Assembly: GCA_902826455.1 (NCBI GenBank)
Contig: CADEEV010000001.1
Location: 298,983 to 362,982 of the forward strand
DNA: 64,000 nt
Reading direction: 5' to 3'
Source of the DNA: an uncultured Acidobacteriota bacterium
GTDB taxonomy: Bacteria > Acidobacteriota > Vicinamibacteria > Fen-336
Made by a program: the position numbers and the translations under genes
Shown here: positions 28,936-39,317 of the stretch, in pieces
Layout of the letters: the number at the start of each line of letters is the position of its first letter
Position numbering within the stretch: position 1 is the first letter of the stretch
The notes under the pieces: generated by a model
Seen by the model: only the letters and a program-made list of their open reading frames with translations
Told to the model about the DNA's origin: nothing
Database searches by the model: none

Positions 28936-28995
28936 ACGGAGAATCCGCAGGCTCTCGCGCCCGGCGGGCCTCGCGAAGCCTGCCGGGCCTCTTGT

Positions 28996-29853
28996 GTGTT
29001 GAGTGAGGTCACGGTCTTGTCCAGCGTCGTCCTGAAACGTCACAGCGTCCTCCCCGGCTTCGGGCTCACCGTGGGTTACACGCTGCTCTACCTGAGCCTC
29101 ATCGTCCTGCTGCCGCTCTCGACCCTCGCGTTCAAGAGCAGCTCCCTGGGCTTCGACGCGTTCTGGACCACGGTCAGCTCGGCGCGCGTCGTCGCGTCCT
29201 ACAAGCTGACGTTCGGCGCGTCGCTGGCTGCGGCCACGATCAACGCCTTCTTCGGCTTGATCGTCGCCTGGGTGCTCGCGCGCTACACCTTCCCCGGGCG
29301 CCGCCTCGTCGACGCCATCGTGGACCTGCCCTTCGCGCTGCCCACGGCCGTTGCGGGCATCGCGCTCACCACCCTGTACTCGGAGAACGGCTGGCTGGGC
29401 GCGCCCCTCGCGAGGATGGGCGTCAAGGTGGCGTTCACGCCCCTGGGCATCACCCTGGCCCTGACCTTCATCGGCCTGCCCTTCGTGGTGCGCACGCTGC
29501 AGCCCGTCATCGACGAGCTCGATCCCGAGCTCGAGGAGGCCGCGGCCAGCCTCGGCGCCTCGCGGGCCCAGACGCTGTTCCGCGTCGTGCTCCCGGCGCT
29601 GCTGCCGGCCTGGCTCACGGGCTTCGCCCTCGCCTTCGCGCGCTGCCTCGGCGAGTACGGCTCCGTCGTCTTCATCGCCGGCAACATGCCCATGCGCACC
29701 GAGATCACGCCGCTCCTGATCATCACGAAGCTCGAGCAGTACGACTATCCGGGCGCAACGGCCATCGCGGTGGTGATGCTCGTGGCGTCGTTCGTGCTGC
29801 TGCTCGGCATCAACCTCCTGCAGTCCTGGAGCGGCCGGAGGCTCGCGGCATGA
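28996..29853 (+). CDS. cysT: Sulfate ABC transporter permease CysT
   Basis: 6 TM; EAA-loop region ([21 protein letters not shown]). Confidence 0.9.
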   Translation: MLSEVTVLSSVVLKRHSVLPGFGLTVGYTLLYLSLIVLLPLSTLAFKSSSLGFDAFWTTVSSARVVASYKLTFGASLAAATINAFFGLIVAWVLARYTFPGRRLVDAIVDLPFALPTAVAGIALTTLYSENGWLGAPLARMGVKVAFTPLGITLALTFIGLPFVVRTLQPVIDELDPELEEAAASLGASRAQTLFRVVLPALLPAWLTGFALAFARCLGEYGSVVFIAGNMPMRTEITPLLIITKLEQYDYPGATAIAVVMLVASFVLLLGINLLQSWSGRRLAA

Positions 29854-30701
29854 AGCGGCGTGTGCTGACGGAGCCGAAGCCCGTGCGCGTGGCCCTGATC
29901 CTCGTGTCCCTCGCGTTCCTCGCCGTGTCCCTCGTGCTGCCCCTGGCGCTGGTGTTCGTCGAGGCCTTCTCCAAGGGTGCTGCCGCCTACGCCGCGGCGA
30001 TCCGCGAGCCCATGGCCCTGTCGGCCCTGAGGCTCACGCTGCTGACGGCCGCGATCGCGGTGCCGGCGAACCTGGTCTTCGGTCTCGCCGCATCGTGGGC
30101 CATCGCGAAGTTCGACTTCTGGGGCAAGAACGCCCTCATCACCCTCATCGACCTGCCGTTCGCCGTCTCGCCCGTGATCTCCGGGATGATCTTCATCCTG
30201 CTGTTCGGGCGACTCGGGACGTTCGGGCCGTTCCTCCAGGGCCACGACATCAAGATCGTCTTCGCGATTCCCGGCATCGTGCTCGCCACGGTCTTCGTGA
30301 CGTTCCCCTTCGTGGCCCGCGAGCTCATCCCTGTGATGCAGGCGAGCGGGTCCGAGGAGGAGGAGGCGGCCCGCGTGCTGGGCGCCAGCGGCTGGCAGCT
30401 GTTCTGGCGCGTCACGCTGCCCAACGTGAAGTGGGGGCTGCTCTACGGCGTGATCCTGTGCAACGCCCGGGCGATGGGCGAGTTCGGCGCGGTCTCCGTC
30501 GTGTCCGGCCACATCCGCGGCAAGACCAACACGCTGCCGCTCCACGTCGAGATCCTCTACAACGAATACCAGTTCCAGGCCGCCTTCGCGGCCGCGTCGC
30601 TCCTGGCGTTCCTGGCCCTCGTCACGCTGCTGGCCAAGAGCTTCATCGAGTGGCAGACCGGCCGGCGCGCGAGCGCCGGCTCCGTGGAGAACGAAGCATG
30701 A
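29850..30701 (+). CDS. cysW: Sulfate ABC transporter permease CysW
   Basis: 6 TM; EAA loop ([21 protein letters not shown]); ATGA-coupled to cysA. Confidence 0.9.
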   Translation: MKRRVLTEPKPVRVALILVSLAFLAVSLVLPLALVFVEAFSKGAAAYAAAIREPMALSALRLTLLTAAIAVPANLVFGLAASWAIAKFDFWGKNALITLIDLPFAVSPVISGMIFILLFGRLGTFGPFLQGHDIKIVFAIPGIVLATVFVTFPFVARELIPVMQASGSEEEEAARVLGASGWQLFWRVTLPNVKWGLLYGVILCNARAMGEFGAVSVVSGHIRGKTNTLPLHVEILYNEYQFQAAFAAASLLAFLALVTLLAKSFIEWQTGRRASAGSVENEA

Positions 30702-31678
30702 GCATCGAAGCCCGCAACGTCACGAAGCGATTCGGCAGCTTCGTGGCCGTCGACGACGTGAGCCTCGTGTTTCCCGGGGGCGAGCTGACGGCGCTGCTCG
30801 GCCCGTCGGGCTCCGGCAAGACCAGCCTGCTGCGCATCATCGCAGGCCTCGAGCGCGCGGACGCCGGCCAGGTCCTCTTCGAGGGCGAGGACGCCACCGG
30901 GCGCGACGTGCGCCAGCGCGGCGTCGGCTTCGTGTTCCAGCACTACGCCCTGTTCCGGCACATGACGGTCTTCGACAACATCGCGTTCGGCCTGCGCGTG
31001 CGGCCGCGGGCACGCCGTCCCGGCGCCCCCGAGATCCGCGCGAAGGTCATGGACCTCTTGAAGCTGGTCCAGCTCGACTGGCTCGCGAACCGCTACCCGA
31101 GCGAGCTCTCGGGCGGACAGCGCCAGCGCGTGGCGCTCGCGCGCGCCCTGGCCGTCGAGCCCAAGCTTCTCCTGCTCGACGAGCCCTTCGGGTCCCTCGA
31201 CGCCAAGGTGCGCCTCGAGCTGCGGCGCTGGCTGCGCCGGCTCCACGACGAGATCAAGCTGACGAGCGTGTTCGTGACCCACGACCAGGAGGAGGCCCTC
31301 GAGGTGTCCGACCGTGTCGTCGTGATGAACAAGGGCCACGTCGAACAGGTCGGCTCGCCGCAGGAGGTCTTCGACCAGCCGAAGACCTCCTTCGTCATGA
31401 ATTTCCTCGGCCAGGTGAACGCCGTGAAGGGCGGCTACGTGCGGCCCCACGAGTTCGAGCTGGCGCGCTCGGCCGACGCGCCCGAGGGCTCGTGGGCCGA
31501 GGTCCGCCACATCCACATGGCGGGCGCCGTCGTGAAGCTCGAGCTCGTCGACGAGGCGAAGAACGTGCTGCTCGTCGAGATGAGCCGCGACCGCGCCGAC
31601 GCCCTCGCGCCCCGGGTCGGCGAGCGGCTGTTCGCGTGGCCGCGGCGGCTGCGGAGCTTCGAGGCCGCGACCGTCTAG
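30698..31678 (+). CDS. cysA: Sulfate ABC transporter ATP-binding protein CysA
   Basis: Walker [24 protein letters not shown] signature, Walker B LLLDEP, and a C-terminal TOBE-like domain. Confidence 0.9.
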   Translation: MSIEARNVTKRFGSFVAVDDVSLVFPGGELTALLGPSGSGKTSLLRIIAGLERADAGQVLFEGEDATGRDVRQRGVGFVFQHYALFRHMTVFDNIAFGLRVRPRARRPGAPEIRAKVMDLLKLVQLDWLANRYPSELSGGQRQRVALARALAVEPKLLLLDEPFGSLDAKVRLELRRWLRRLHDEIKLTSVFVTHDQEEALEVSDRVVVMNKGHVEQVGSPQEVFDQPKTSFVMNFLGQVNAVKGGYVRPHEFELARSADAPEGSWAEVRHIHMAGAVVKLELVDEAKNVLLVEMSRDRADALAPRVGERLFAWPRRLRSFEAATV

Positions 31679-32799
31679 CCCAGGGCCTGGGCCAGGTCGT
31701 CGATCAGATCTGCCTCGTTCTCGAGGCCGATCGACGCGCGCAGCAGCGTGTCGGGCGTCGTGGACGTCGGGCCTTCGCTCGAGCGCCGGTGCTCGATCAG
31801 GCTCTCGGTGCCCCCGAGGCTCGTGGCCACGGTGAACACCTTCAGGCGCGAGACGACGTCGACCGCGGCCGCGCGGCCGCCGCGGACGCGGAACGACAGC
31901 ATCCCGCCGAAGGCGCTCATCTGCCGCCGCGCCAGGGCGTGACCCGGGTCGGACGCGAGGCCCGGATAGTGGACGGCCTCGACGTTCGCATGCCCTTCGA
32001 GGGCCCGCGCGACGGCGAGGGCGTTCGCGGCATGGCGATCGACACGGCAGGCGAGGGTGCGCAGGCCGCGCAACACCAGCCAGGAGGCGAAGGGAGCCGC
32101 GACGCCCCCCAGCACCTTGCGGACGTGGAACGCCTCGTCGACCCAGGGGCCGCCCTTGCGGAACACGAGGGCGCCGCCGTGGACGTCGCCGTGGCCCCCG
32201 ATGAATTTCGTGGTCGAGTGCATCACGCAGTCGGCGCCGAGCTCGAGGGGCCGCTGCAGCACCGGCGTCGCGAAGGTGTTGTCGACGATCAGCGACGCGC
32301 CGCCGCCATGGGCGATGTCGGCGAGGGCTGCGATGTCCGCGATCTTCATGAGCGGGTTGGAGGGCGATTCGACGAACAGGAGCTTCGTCTCCTTCCGCAT
32401 CGCGCGCGCCACCGCGTCGAGGTCCGTCACGTCCACGAGGCTCGACGTGCCGCCCCAGCGCGGCAGGAACTCCGTCGCGATCGTGCGCACGTCGTAGTAG
32501 CCGTCGTCGGCCACGATGACGTGGGAGCCCGGCGGCAGCGCCTGCATCGCCGTGGCCGCCGCGGCCAGGCCCGACGCGAACGCGAGGGCCACCTCGCCCG
32601 ACTCCACCGCCGCGAGGGCGGTCTCGAGCCGGGCCTGGGTCGGGTTGCTCTCGCGGATGTAGTAGTGGTCGTGGATCCGCTCGGACTCCGGGCCGTGGAC
32701 GAACGTCGTCGACAGGTGGATCGGGGGCGCGACGGCCCCCGTATCGGGGTCGGGCTCGGCCCCGGCGTGGACTGCGATCGTCTCGAAGCGCTTCACCAT
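31675..32799 (-). CDS. Cys/Met-metabolism PLP enzyme (cystathionine gamma-lyase / gamma-synthase family)
   Basis: Start reassigned to [16 protein letters not shown]-lysine region ([12 protein letters not shown]); family-wide conservation. Confidence 0.85.
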   Translation of the reverse strand: MVKRFETIAVHAGAEPDPDTGAVAPPIHLSTTFVHGPESERIHDHYYIRESNPTQARLETALAAVESGEVALAFASGLAAAATAMQALPPGSHVIVADDGYYDVRTIATEFLPRWGGTSSLVDVTDLDAVARAMRKETKLLFVESPSNPLMKIADIAALADIAHGGGASLIVDNTFATPVLQRPLELGADCVMHSTTKFIGGHGDVHGGALVFRKGGPWVDEAFHVRKVLGGVAAPFASWLVLRGLRTLACRVDRHAANALAVARALEGHANVEAVHYPGLASDPGHALARRQMSAFGGMLSFRVRGGRAAAVDVVSRLKVFTVATSLGGTESLIEHRRSSEGPTSTTPDTLLRASIGLENEADLIDDLAQALG

Positions 32800-33293
32800 G
32801 TGTCGCTCCCGGTGGGCGGAGGCCAGATCCCGAGCATCCGCCGCACGAAGGCCACCTGGCCGAGGTGGTAGCTGTTGTGGACGACCGTCTGGTGCAGCAC
32901 CTCGCGCACGGTCGAGCCCTGGTTCGCGTAGTTCTCGGTGTCGACGCTCGCCACCGTGCGCTCGAGCGCCGCCGGGTCGCGGCTCAAGGCCGCCATCTCG
33001 TCGAGCAGGACGCGGTAGCGGCCGAGCGTCGCGTCCCATTCGCCGGCTCGCGGCACGGCACCTGCCGGCCAGCTCTCCGCGGCATGCTCGGGATAGACCG
33101 GCGCCTGGCCGGCCATGCGCCGCAGCTCGTAGTCGATCCAGTAGTTGATGTGGGCCACGAGCTGGAAGATCGAGTTCGGCGCGCCTGCGGGCAGGGCGCC
33201 CGCGAGCTCGCTGCTCACGCCTTCGACGATCGCGCGGGCGTCGGTGTGAGCGCCGCCGCCGTAGATGAGCTCCGTCAGCACCGGTTCGTTCAC
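32793..33293 (-). CDS. DinB/DinB_2-family metal-dependent protein
   Basis: 166 aa; DinB-like four-helix histidine pattern (H..H..H); 7-bp overlap with the downstream PLP enzyme gene. Confidence 0.7.
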   Translation of the reverse strand: MNEPVLTELIYGGGAHTDARAIVEGVSSELAGALPAGAPNSIFQLVAHINYWIDYELRRMAGQAPVYPEHAAESWPAGAVPRAGEWDATLGRYRVLLDEMAALSRDPAALERTVASVDTENYANQGSTVREVLHQTVVHNSYHLGQVAFVRRMLGIWPPPTGSDTW

Positions 33294-33313
33294 CGGGGCA
33301 GTATATTCGCGGG

Positions 33314-33709
33314 ATGACGAGACAGAACTTCGCTACCGGCACTCCCTGGGAGCCCATCGTGGGCTACTCGCGCGCCGTGCGCGTGGGCAACGTCGTGCAC
33401 GTGGCCGGCACGACCGCCACCGCCGAGGACGGGACGATCGTGGGTATCGGGGATGCCTACGCCCAGGCCATCCAGGTCCTGAAGAACATCGACAGCGCCT
33501 TGAAGCGCGCCGGAGCCCGGCTCGAGGACGTGGTCCGGACCCGCATGTTCGTCGTGAACATCGCGGCCGACTGGGAGAAGGTGGGCCGGGCCCACGGCGA
33601 GTACTTCAGCGCCATCCGGCCCGTCACGAGCATGCTCGAAGTCAAGGGTTTGATCTCGCCGGAGATCCTCGTGGAGATCGAGGCCGAGGCGATCGTCGTC
33701 TCCGACTAG
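33314..33709 (+). CDS. ridA: RidA (YjgF/TdcF) reactive enamine/imine deaminase
   Basis: 131 aa; RidA family signature (PAR...VEIEA region, conserved Arg). Confidence 0.9.
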   Translation: MTRQNFATGTPWEPIVGYSRAVRVGNVVHVAGTTATAEDGTIVGIGDAYAQAIQVLKNIDSALKRAGARLEDVVRTRMFVVNIAADWEKVGRAHGEYFSAIRPVTSMLEVKGLISPEILVEIEAEAIVVSD

Positions 33710-33823
33710 GTCCGCCCCGAAGTCGCTGACGGCAGAGCGCTTCGCCGCCTATCGACTGCCGAGGTAGATTCCACCGCGCGTCCATGGAGTTGGGCGTCGC
33801 GGCCGCCCTACATTCGGCGCGAC

Positions 33824-34297
33824 ATGGCAACACTCTGCGCCAACCCCTGGGCGCGCCTCAGGTCTCCCTTCGACGTCGCCGCCGGAGTCCTGGGGGGCCG
33901 ATTGACGGCCCCGATCCTCTGGACCTTGTTCTGGGGTGGTAAACGGTTCTTCCAGATCCTCCGGGATCTGCAGCAGGTCCCCCGTCGCACGCTGGCGGAA
34001 CGCCTCCTCGAGCTCGAGAACGTCGGGCTCGTCGAGCGCCGCTTCGGACGTCTCGACAAGGACGGCGTCGAGTACGCGCTGACCGAGCTGGGTGAGTCGC
34101 TGAAGCCCATCCTCGCGGGCATGTACCACTGGGGACTGACGACGGCGGTTCGGGCCGATGCGGCCCGCCTCTTGACCGCCTGTGAACCGACCCGAGGTCC
34201 GAGAGCCGAGCACACCCGGCCCGACGAGGCTTGCGCCTCGCTCGAGGCTGCTGGCCGGGTCCCGTCGCCGTTCCCGGTGATCGAGACCCACGACTGA
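33824..34297 (+). CDS. HxlR-family wHTH transcriptional regulator
   Basis: C-x..GG.W...ILW.L motif (GGRLTAPILWTLFWGGKRFFQILRDL). Confidence 0.75.
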   Translation: MATLCANPWARLRSPFDVAAGVLGGRLTAPILWTLFWGGKRFFQILRDLQQVPRRTLAERLLELENVGLVERRFGRLDKDGVEYALTELGESLKPILAGMYHWGLTTAVRADAARLLTACEPTRGPRAEHTRPDEACASLEAAGRVPSPFPVIETHD

Positions 34298-34323
34298 CGT
34301 TCCTTTCGATCGGAGCAGTGCTC

Positions 34324-37182
34324 ATGACCAAGAGATTCGGGCCCATCCTGGCCCTGTTGCTGGCCCTCGCGCCGGCGGCCTTCGCGCAGTCGACAGGCAA
34401 CATCTACGGCGCCGTCAACGACGAACAGGGCGCCACCATGCCCGGCGCCAGCATCACGCTCTCGGGCGAGAACATCGCCACCCGCAGCGTCGTCAGCGGT
34501 ACTCAGGGCGAGTTCCGTTTCATCGGCCTCGATCCCGGTACGTACCGTCTCGCCGTCGCCCTCGCCGGCTTCGGCACCGTCAACCGCGACATCGTGGTGA
34601 ACGCCGGCAGCAGCGTCACGCTGTCCTTCCCGCTCAAGGTGGCGACGGTCCAGGAGACCGTCACCGTCACCGCCGAGACCCCGGTCCTCGATCCCAAGAA
34701 GACCGGGACCTCGACGACGCTCTCGCGCGAGGAGCTCGCGCAGATTCCCAACTCCCGCGACCCCTGGGCCGTGCTGCGCACCGTTCCCGGCGTGCTCGTG
34801 GACCGCGTCAACACGGCCGGCACCGAGAGCGGCCAGCAGTCGGGCTTCGTGGGCAAGGGCTCGGTGCAGCAGGACGCCATGTGGACGCTGGACGGCGTCA
34901 CGATCAGCGACCCCGGCGCCGCGGGCTCGAGCCCGACCTACTTCGACTTCGACGCCTTCGACGAGGTGAACGTCACGACGGGCGGCGCCGACGTGCGCGT
35001 CGCCTCGGGCGGCGTCGGCCTCAACCTGATCACGAAGCGCGGCACGAACGCGTTCCACGGCGGAATCTCGGGCTTCTTCGCCCACGACAAGCTGCAGTCG
35101 TCCAACCTGCCCGAGGAGCTCGAGGGCGATGCGCGCCTCCTGGGCGGCGACAAGGCCGACCACGCCGACCAGATCTCCGACTACGGCTTCGACCTCGGCG
35201 GCCCGGTCATCAAGGACAAGATGTGGTTCTGGGGCTCTTACGGGAAGCAGGACCTGCGCATCCGCCGCCTCAACCAGGTCCCCGACAAGACGCTCCTCAA
35301 GAGCCTGTCCGCGAAGCTCAACTGGCAGGTCGCGGAGAACAACACGTTCTCGGTCTACTACTTCAACGGCGCCAAGGAGAAGTTCGGCCGGCCCGCGTCG
35401 GCGCTGTCCGAGGACGCCTCCCACAGCCGCGACCAGGGCAACGCCTATCCCGGCTGGCTCCACGGCTTCGTGAAGGTCGAGGACAACCACGTGCTGAGCT
35501 CGAACTTCATGATGAACCTCAAGTACGCGTACTACGGCTCGGGCTTCAGCCTCGTGCCCCAGGGCGGGACCGACGGCGACGAGTTCCTCGACTCGGTCGC
35601 GGGCGTCGCCCGCGGCTCCTCGAACTTCTACCAGTCCCTGCGGCCGCAGCACACGGCCAACGCCGACTTCAGCTACTTCCGCGGCAAGCACGAGTTCAAG
35701 TTCGGCTTCGGGTACCGCCAGGCCTCGGTCAGCAGCACCACGGCTCCCTCGGGCAGCAAGGTGTCGGCCCAGGTGTCCCCGGTGCTCGGCCGCATCGCCG
35801 TCGTGCAGCGCGACCAGGTCACGGCCTACAGCGGCAAGTACCTGAGCGGCTACGTGGGCGACACGTTCACGACCGATCGCCTGACCCTGAACCTAGGCGT
35901 GCGCTACGACCGGCAGACCGCGAGCAACAAGCCCACGACGGCGATCGCCAACCCGCTGTTCCCGGGCGTGCTCCCGGATCTGACCTATGACGGCAACGGC
36001 ACGGGCATCGAGTGGAGCGACTTCTCGCCGCGCGGCTCGATCACCTACGCCCTCGACGAGGGCCGCAAGACCCTCGTGCGCGCCTCCGTGGCGCGCTTCG
36101 CCGGCCAGCTCGCGTTCTCCGACGCCTCCATGGACAACCCCATCGGCGGCATCGGCTCGCGCACCTACGGCTGGAGCGACCTGAACGGCGACAACTTCGT
36201 GCAGGGCGGCGAGGTGGACCTGTCGGAGGAGCTGGCGCTGCCGGTCAACGCCGAGCTGTTCTCGGTCAACCGCATCGACCCCGACTACAAGGCCACCCAC
36301 GACACGGAGTTCATCGTCGGCCTGGATCGTGAGCTGGCGCCCAACTTCGCGCTCTCCCTCGCGTACACCTACCGCAAGTCCACGAACCAGATCTACGCGC
36401 CGTTCATCGGCCTCTCCAGCAGCGACTGGGTGCCGATCGCCCCGACGTCCGCGAACGGCTACACCGCGACCGGCTTCGACCTGACGCCCGAGGCCTACGC
36501 GCGCCTCCAGGCCAACGACTTCGGACGCATCCTCAAGAACCGTCCCGGCTACTCGCGCAGCTTCAAGGGCGCCGAGGCCACGCTGCTCAAGCGCCTCTCC
36601 AACAAGTGGATGGCGCGCGCGTCGTTCTCGTACAACGACTGGCAGCAGCACTACGACGGCACCGAGGGCCTCTTCAATCCGAACGCCGCGGTCTACGACA
36701 GCTACGGGCTCTCGCCCGTGGGCCAGACGATCGCCTCGGACACGGGCATCGACGGCGACCAGATCGCGATCTACAGCTCGGGCTCGGGGACGTTCTACTG
36801 GGTCAACGGCAAGTGGCAGATGTCCGCCACGGCGCTCTACCAGCTCCCTGCCGGCTTCGAGGTGGCGGCGAACCTGTTCGGCCGCCAGGGCTACGCGCGG
36901 CCGATCAACCTGACCCTCGACAACACGTTCTTCGACACGGTGCTGGCCCAGGGCCGGATCGACTCCAAGCGTCTCGACAACGTGTGGAACCTCGACCTGC
37001 GCCTCAACAAGAACTTCAAGTTCGGAAGCCGCGTGGGGGCCTCGCTCATGGCCGACGTGTTCAACGTCTTCAACGCGAACACGGTGCTGCGTCGCACGGA
37101 CAACGCGGACGGCCGCATCGACCGCGTGCAGCAGATCATGAACCCCCGCATCGCACGCCTCGGCCTGAAGCTGACGTTCTAG
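34324..37182 (+). CDS. TonB-dependent receptor-like outer-membrane protein with an N-terminal CarboxypepD_reg domain
   Basis: Signal peptide, then a CarboxypepD_reg domain (GNIYGAVNDEQGATMPGASITLSG...TQGEFRFIGLDPGTYRL). Plug and barrel motifs follow; the protein ends in the C-terminal Phe-type residue F. Start at ATG 34324 within the 983 aa track ORF. Confidence 0.8.
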   Translation: MTKRFGPILALLLALAPAAFAQSTGNIYGAVNDEQGATMPGASITLSGENIATRSVVSGTQGEFRFIGLDPGTYRLAVALAGFGTVNRDIVVNAGSSVTLSFPLKVATVQETVTVTAETPVLDPKKTGTSTTLSREELAQIPNSRDPWAVLRTVPGVLVDRVNTAGTESGQQSGFVGKGSVQQDAMWTLDGVTISDPGAAGSSPTYFDFDAFDEVNVTTGGADVRVASGGVGLNLITKRGTNAFHGGISGFFAHDKLQSSNLPEELEGDARLLGGDKADHADQISDYGFDLGGPVIKDKMWFWGSYGKQDLRIRRLNQVPDKTLLKSLSAKLNWQVAENNTFSVYYFNGAKEKFGRPASALSEDASHSRDQGNAYPGWLHGFVKVEDNHVLSSNFMMNLKYAYYGSGFSLVPQGGTDGDEFLDSVAGVARGSSNFYQSLRPQHTANADFSYFRGKHEFKFGFGYRQASVSSTTAPSGSKVSAQVSPVLGRIAVVQRDQVTAYSGKYLSGYVGDTFTTDRLTLNLGVRYDRQTASNKPTTAIANPLFPGVLPDLTYDGNGTGIEWSDFSPRGSITYALDEGRKTLVRASVARFAGQLAFSDASMDNPIGGIGSRTYGWSDLNGDNFVQGGEVDLSEELALPVNAELFSVNRIDPDYKATHDTEFIVGLDRELAPNFALSLAYTYRKSTNQIYAPFIGLSSSDWVPIAPTSANGYTATGFDLTPEAYARLQANDFGRILKNRPGYSRSFKGAEATLLKRLSNKWMARASFSYNDWQQHYDGTEGLFNPNAAVYDSYGLSPVGQTIASDTGIDGDQIAIYSSGSGTFYWVNGKWQMSATALYQLPAGFEVAANLFGRQGYARPINLTLDNTFFDTVLAQGRIDSKRLDNVWNLDLRLNKNFKFGSRVGASLMADVFNVFNANTVLRRTDNADGRIDRVQQIMNPRIARLGLKLTF

Positions 37183-37265
37183 GCCGAGTCCGTTCGTCCC
37201 CCTCGTCCGCGTGGTCCCGGCGCTCCGGCGCCGGGGCCGCGCTTTTCGGCTTCCGGAGGCGGCCC

Positions 37266-39317
37266 ATGAGACCTGCCCTCGTGCTCGCGCTGCTCGTGCT
37301 CGCGGGCTGCGCGCCGCAGCGCGCTCCGGCCCGGGGCCAGAACGTCCTCCTCGTCACGATCGACACGCTGCGCCACGACCGGCTCGGGTGCTACGGCGAC
37401 GCCCAGGCCCTGACGCCGGTCCTCGACCGGCTCGCTCGATCCGCGCGCCGCTTCGAGCGCGCCTACGCCCACAACGTCGTGACGCTCCCGTCTCACTGCA
37501 ACATCCTCTCGGGGCGCTATCCCGTCGCTCACGGCGTCCACGACAACGCCGGCGATCGCCTGCCGCGCGACGTCGAGACGCTCGCGACCCTCCTGAATAT
37601 GGCCGGCTATCGCACCGGCGCCTTCGTCAGCGCGTTCCCCCTGGACGCGCGTTTCGGCCTCGCCCGGGGCTTCGACGAGTACGACGACCGTCTCGGCTCG
37701 AGCGAGGCCGCGTTCCGCATCGCGGAGCGACCCGGGAGCGAGACGGTGGCGGCCGCGCGCCGCTTCGTCGCCGCGAACGCGTCGCCCTGGTTCGCCTGGG
37801 TCCACGTCTACGAGCCTCACGCGCCCTACGCGCCCCCGGCCCCGCTCGCGGCACGCTTCGCGTCCGACCCGTACCGTGGGGAGGTGGCGGCGGCCGACGC
37901 GGCCCTCGCCCCGCTCCTGAACCCGATCCTCGACCAGGGCGCCGCCGCCCGCACCGTCGTCATCGTCACCGCCGACCACGGCGAGGCGCTGGGCGAGCAC
38001 GGCGAGCGCACCCACGGCGTCTTCGCGTACGACGCGACGCTGCGCGTGCCGCTGCTCCTCTACGCGCCGGGCGTCGTCGCCGCGGGCGTCGACACGCGGC
38101 TCGCGCGGCACGTGGACCTGCTGCCGACCGTCGCCGACCTGCTCGGGCTCGCGACGCCCGCCGGCCTGCCGGGCCGATCCCTGCTGCGCAGCGTCCCGGC
38201 GGATCCCGACAGCTACTTCGAGGCGCTGACCGCCTCGCGCAACCGCGGCTGGGCGCCGCTCCACGGGCTCGTCGCCGGGGGCCTCAAGTACTTCGACCTT
38301 CCCGAGCGCGAGCTCTACGATCTGGCTCGCGACCCGGGCGAGACCGACAACCGGATCGCCTCCGGCGACGTGGAGCGGCTGCAGCAGCGCCTCGACCGGG
38401 AGCGGGCCGGCGAGCGCGCCGCGGAGCCGCAGGCCGAGTCGGTCGAGACGCGGGAGCGCCTGGCGAGCCTCGGCTACGTCGTGGCGCCGCGGGCGTCGAG
38501 TCCGGGCGCCCCCGACCCCAAGCGGATGATCTGGTTCGAGAGCGCACTCGACGCGGTGATCGAGCGCGAGCAGTCCGGAGACTCCCGCGGCGCGCTCGCC
38601 CTGGCGGAAGCGCTGCTCGCGCGGGCGCCGGCCACGCCGCTCGCCCTGCAGTACGCCGGCTACTTCCGCCGCGCCGACGGGGACCTCGCGGGAGCGGCGC
38701 GGGCCCTGGAGCAGGCCTTCGCCATGGCGCCCTCCGACCCCCAGATCGCGGCGCTCGCCGGCCAGTACCTCACGGAGGCGGGTCGCGCGGCTGAAGCCGC
38801 ACAGCTCCTAGAGCCTCTCGCCGCGCGCGCGGACCCCGACGTCGACGTCCTCGTCGCGCGCGGCGCTGCCCTGGCCCAGTCGGGGCAGCTCGACGCGGCG
38901 CTCGGGGAGCTCGGGCGGGCGCGGGACCTCGATCCCGAGAACGCCCTGGTCGTGGCGAACCAGGGCACGGCGCATCTCCTCGCCGGCGACCGAACCACGG
39001 CGCGCGCCGCGTTCGAGGAGGCCCTTCGCCTCGAGCCCGGGCTCGCCCGCGCGGAGAACGCGCTCGCGGTGATCGCGGCCGAGTCGGGCCGGACCGACGA
39101 AGCGGCGCAGCGCTGGGAACGCGCGCTGCGCTCTCACCCCGGGGACCTGGACATGCGGCTCAACCTGGCCCGGCTCCTCCTGGGGGAGGGCAGGCTGGAC
39201 GAGGCGCGTCCCCACCTGGAGCGCTTCCGGCGCGAGGCCCCGGCCGCCCTCTACGCCGCGGATCTGCGCCACGTCGACGCCTGGCTCCGATCGAAAGGCG
39301 GCGGCCATGGCCGCTGA
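37266..39317 (+). CDS. Sulfatase-family (alkaline-phosphatase superfamily) lipoprotein with a C-terminal TPR domain
   Basis: Lipobox LAGC; sulfatase-fold motifs (LLVTIDTLRHDRLG, VIVTADHGEALGEHGE). The active-site region reads TLPSHCNILSGRYP, with no C-x-P-x-R formylglycine motif. TPR repeats occupy the C-terminal 300 aa. Confidence 0.8.
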   Translation: MRPALVLALLVLAGCAPQRAPARGQNVLLVTIDTLRHDRLGCYGDAQALTPVLDRLARSARRFERAYAHNVVTLPSHCNILSGRYPVAHGVHDNAGDRLPRDVETLATLLNMAGYRTGAFVSAFPLDARFGLARGFDEYDDRLGSSEAAFRIAERPGSETVAAARRFVAANASPWFAWVHVYEPHAPYAPPAPLAARFASDPYRGEVAAADAALAPLLNPILDQGAAARTVVIVTADHGEALGEHGERTHGVFAYDATLRVPLLLYAPGVVAAGVDTRLARHVDLLPTVADLLGLATPAGLPGRSLLRSVPADPDSYFEALTASRNRGWAPLHGLVAGGLKYFDLPERELYDLARDPGETDNRIASGDVERLQQRLDRERAGERAAEPQAESVETRERLASLGYVVAPRASSPGAPDPKRMIWFESALDAVIEREQSGDSRGALALAEALLARAPATPLALQYAGYFRRADGDLAGAARALEQAFAMAPSDPQIAALAGQYLTEAGRAAEAAQLLEPLAARADPDVDVLVARGAALAQSGQLDAALGELGRARDLDPENALVVANQGTAHLLAGDRTTARAAFEEALRLEPGLARAENALAVIAAESGRTDEAAQRWERALRSHPGDLDMRLNLARLLLGEGRLDEARPHLERFRREAPAALYAADLRHVDAWLRSKGGGHGR

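Noticed and set aside
33294-33313. Divergent promoter between the DinB and ridA genes
   Set aside because: Only 20 bp separate the two start codons, so the promoters must overlap coding sequence. No confident -35/-10 call could be made.
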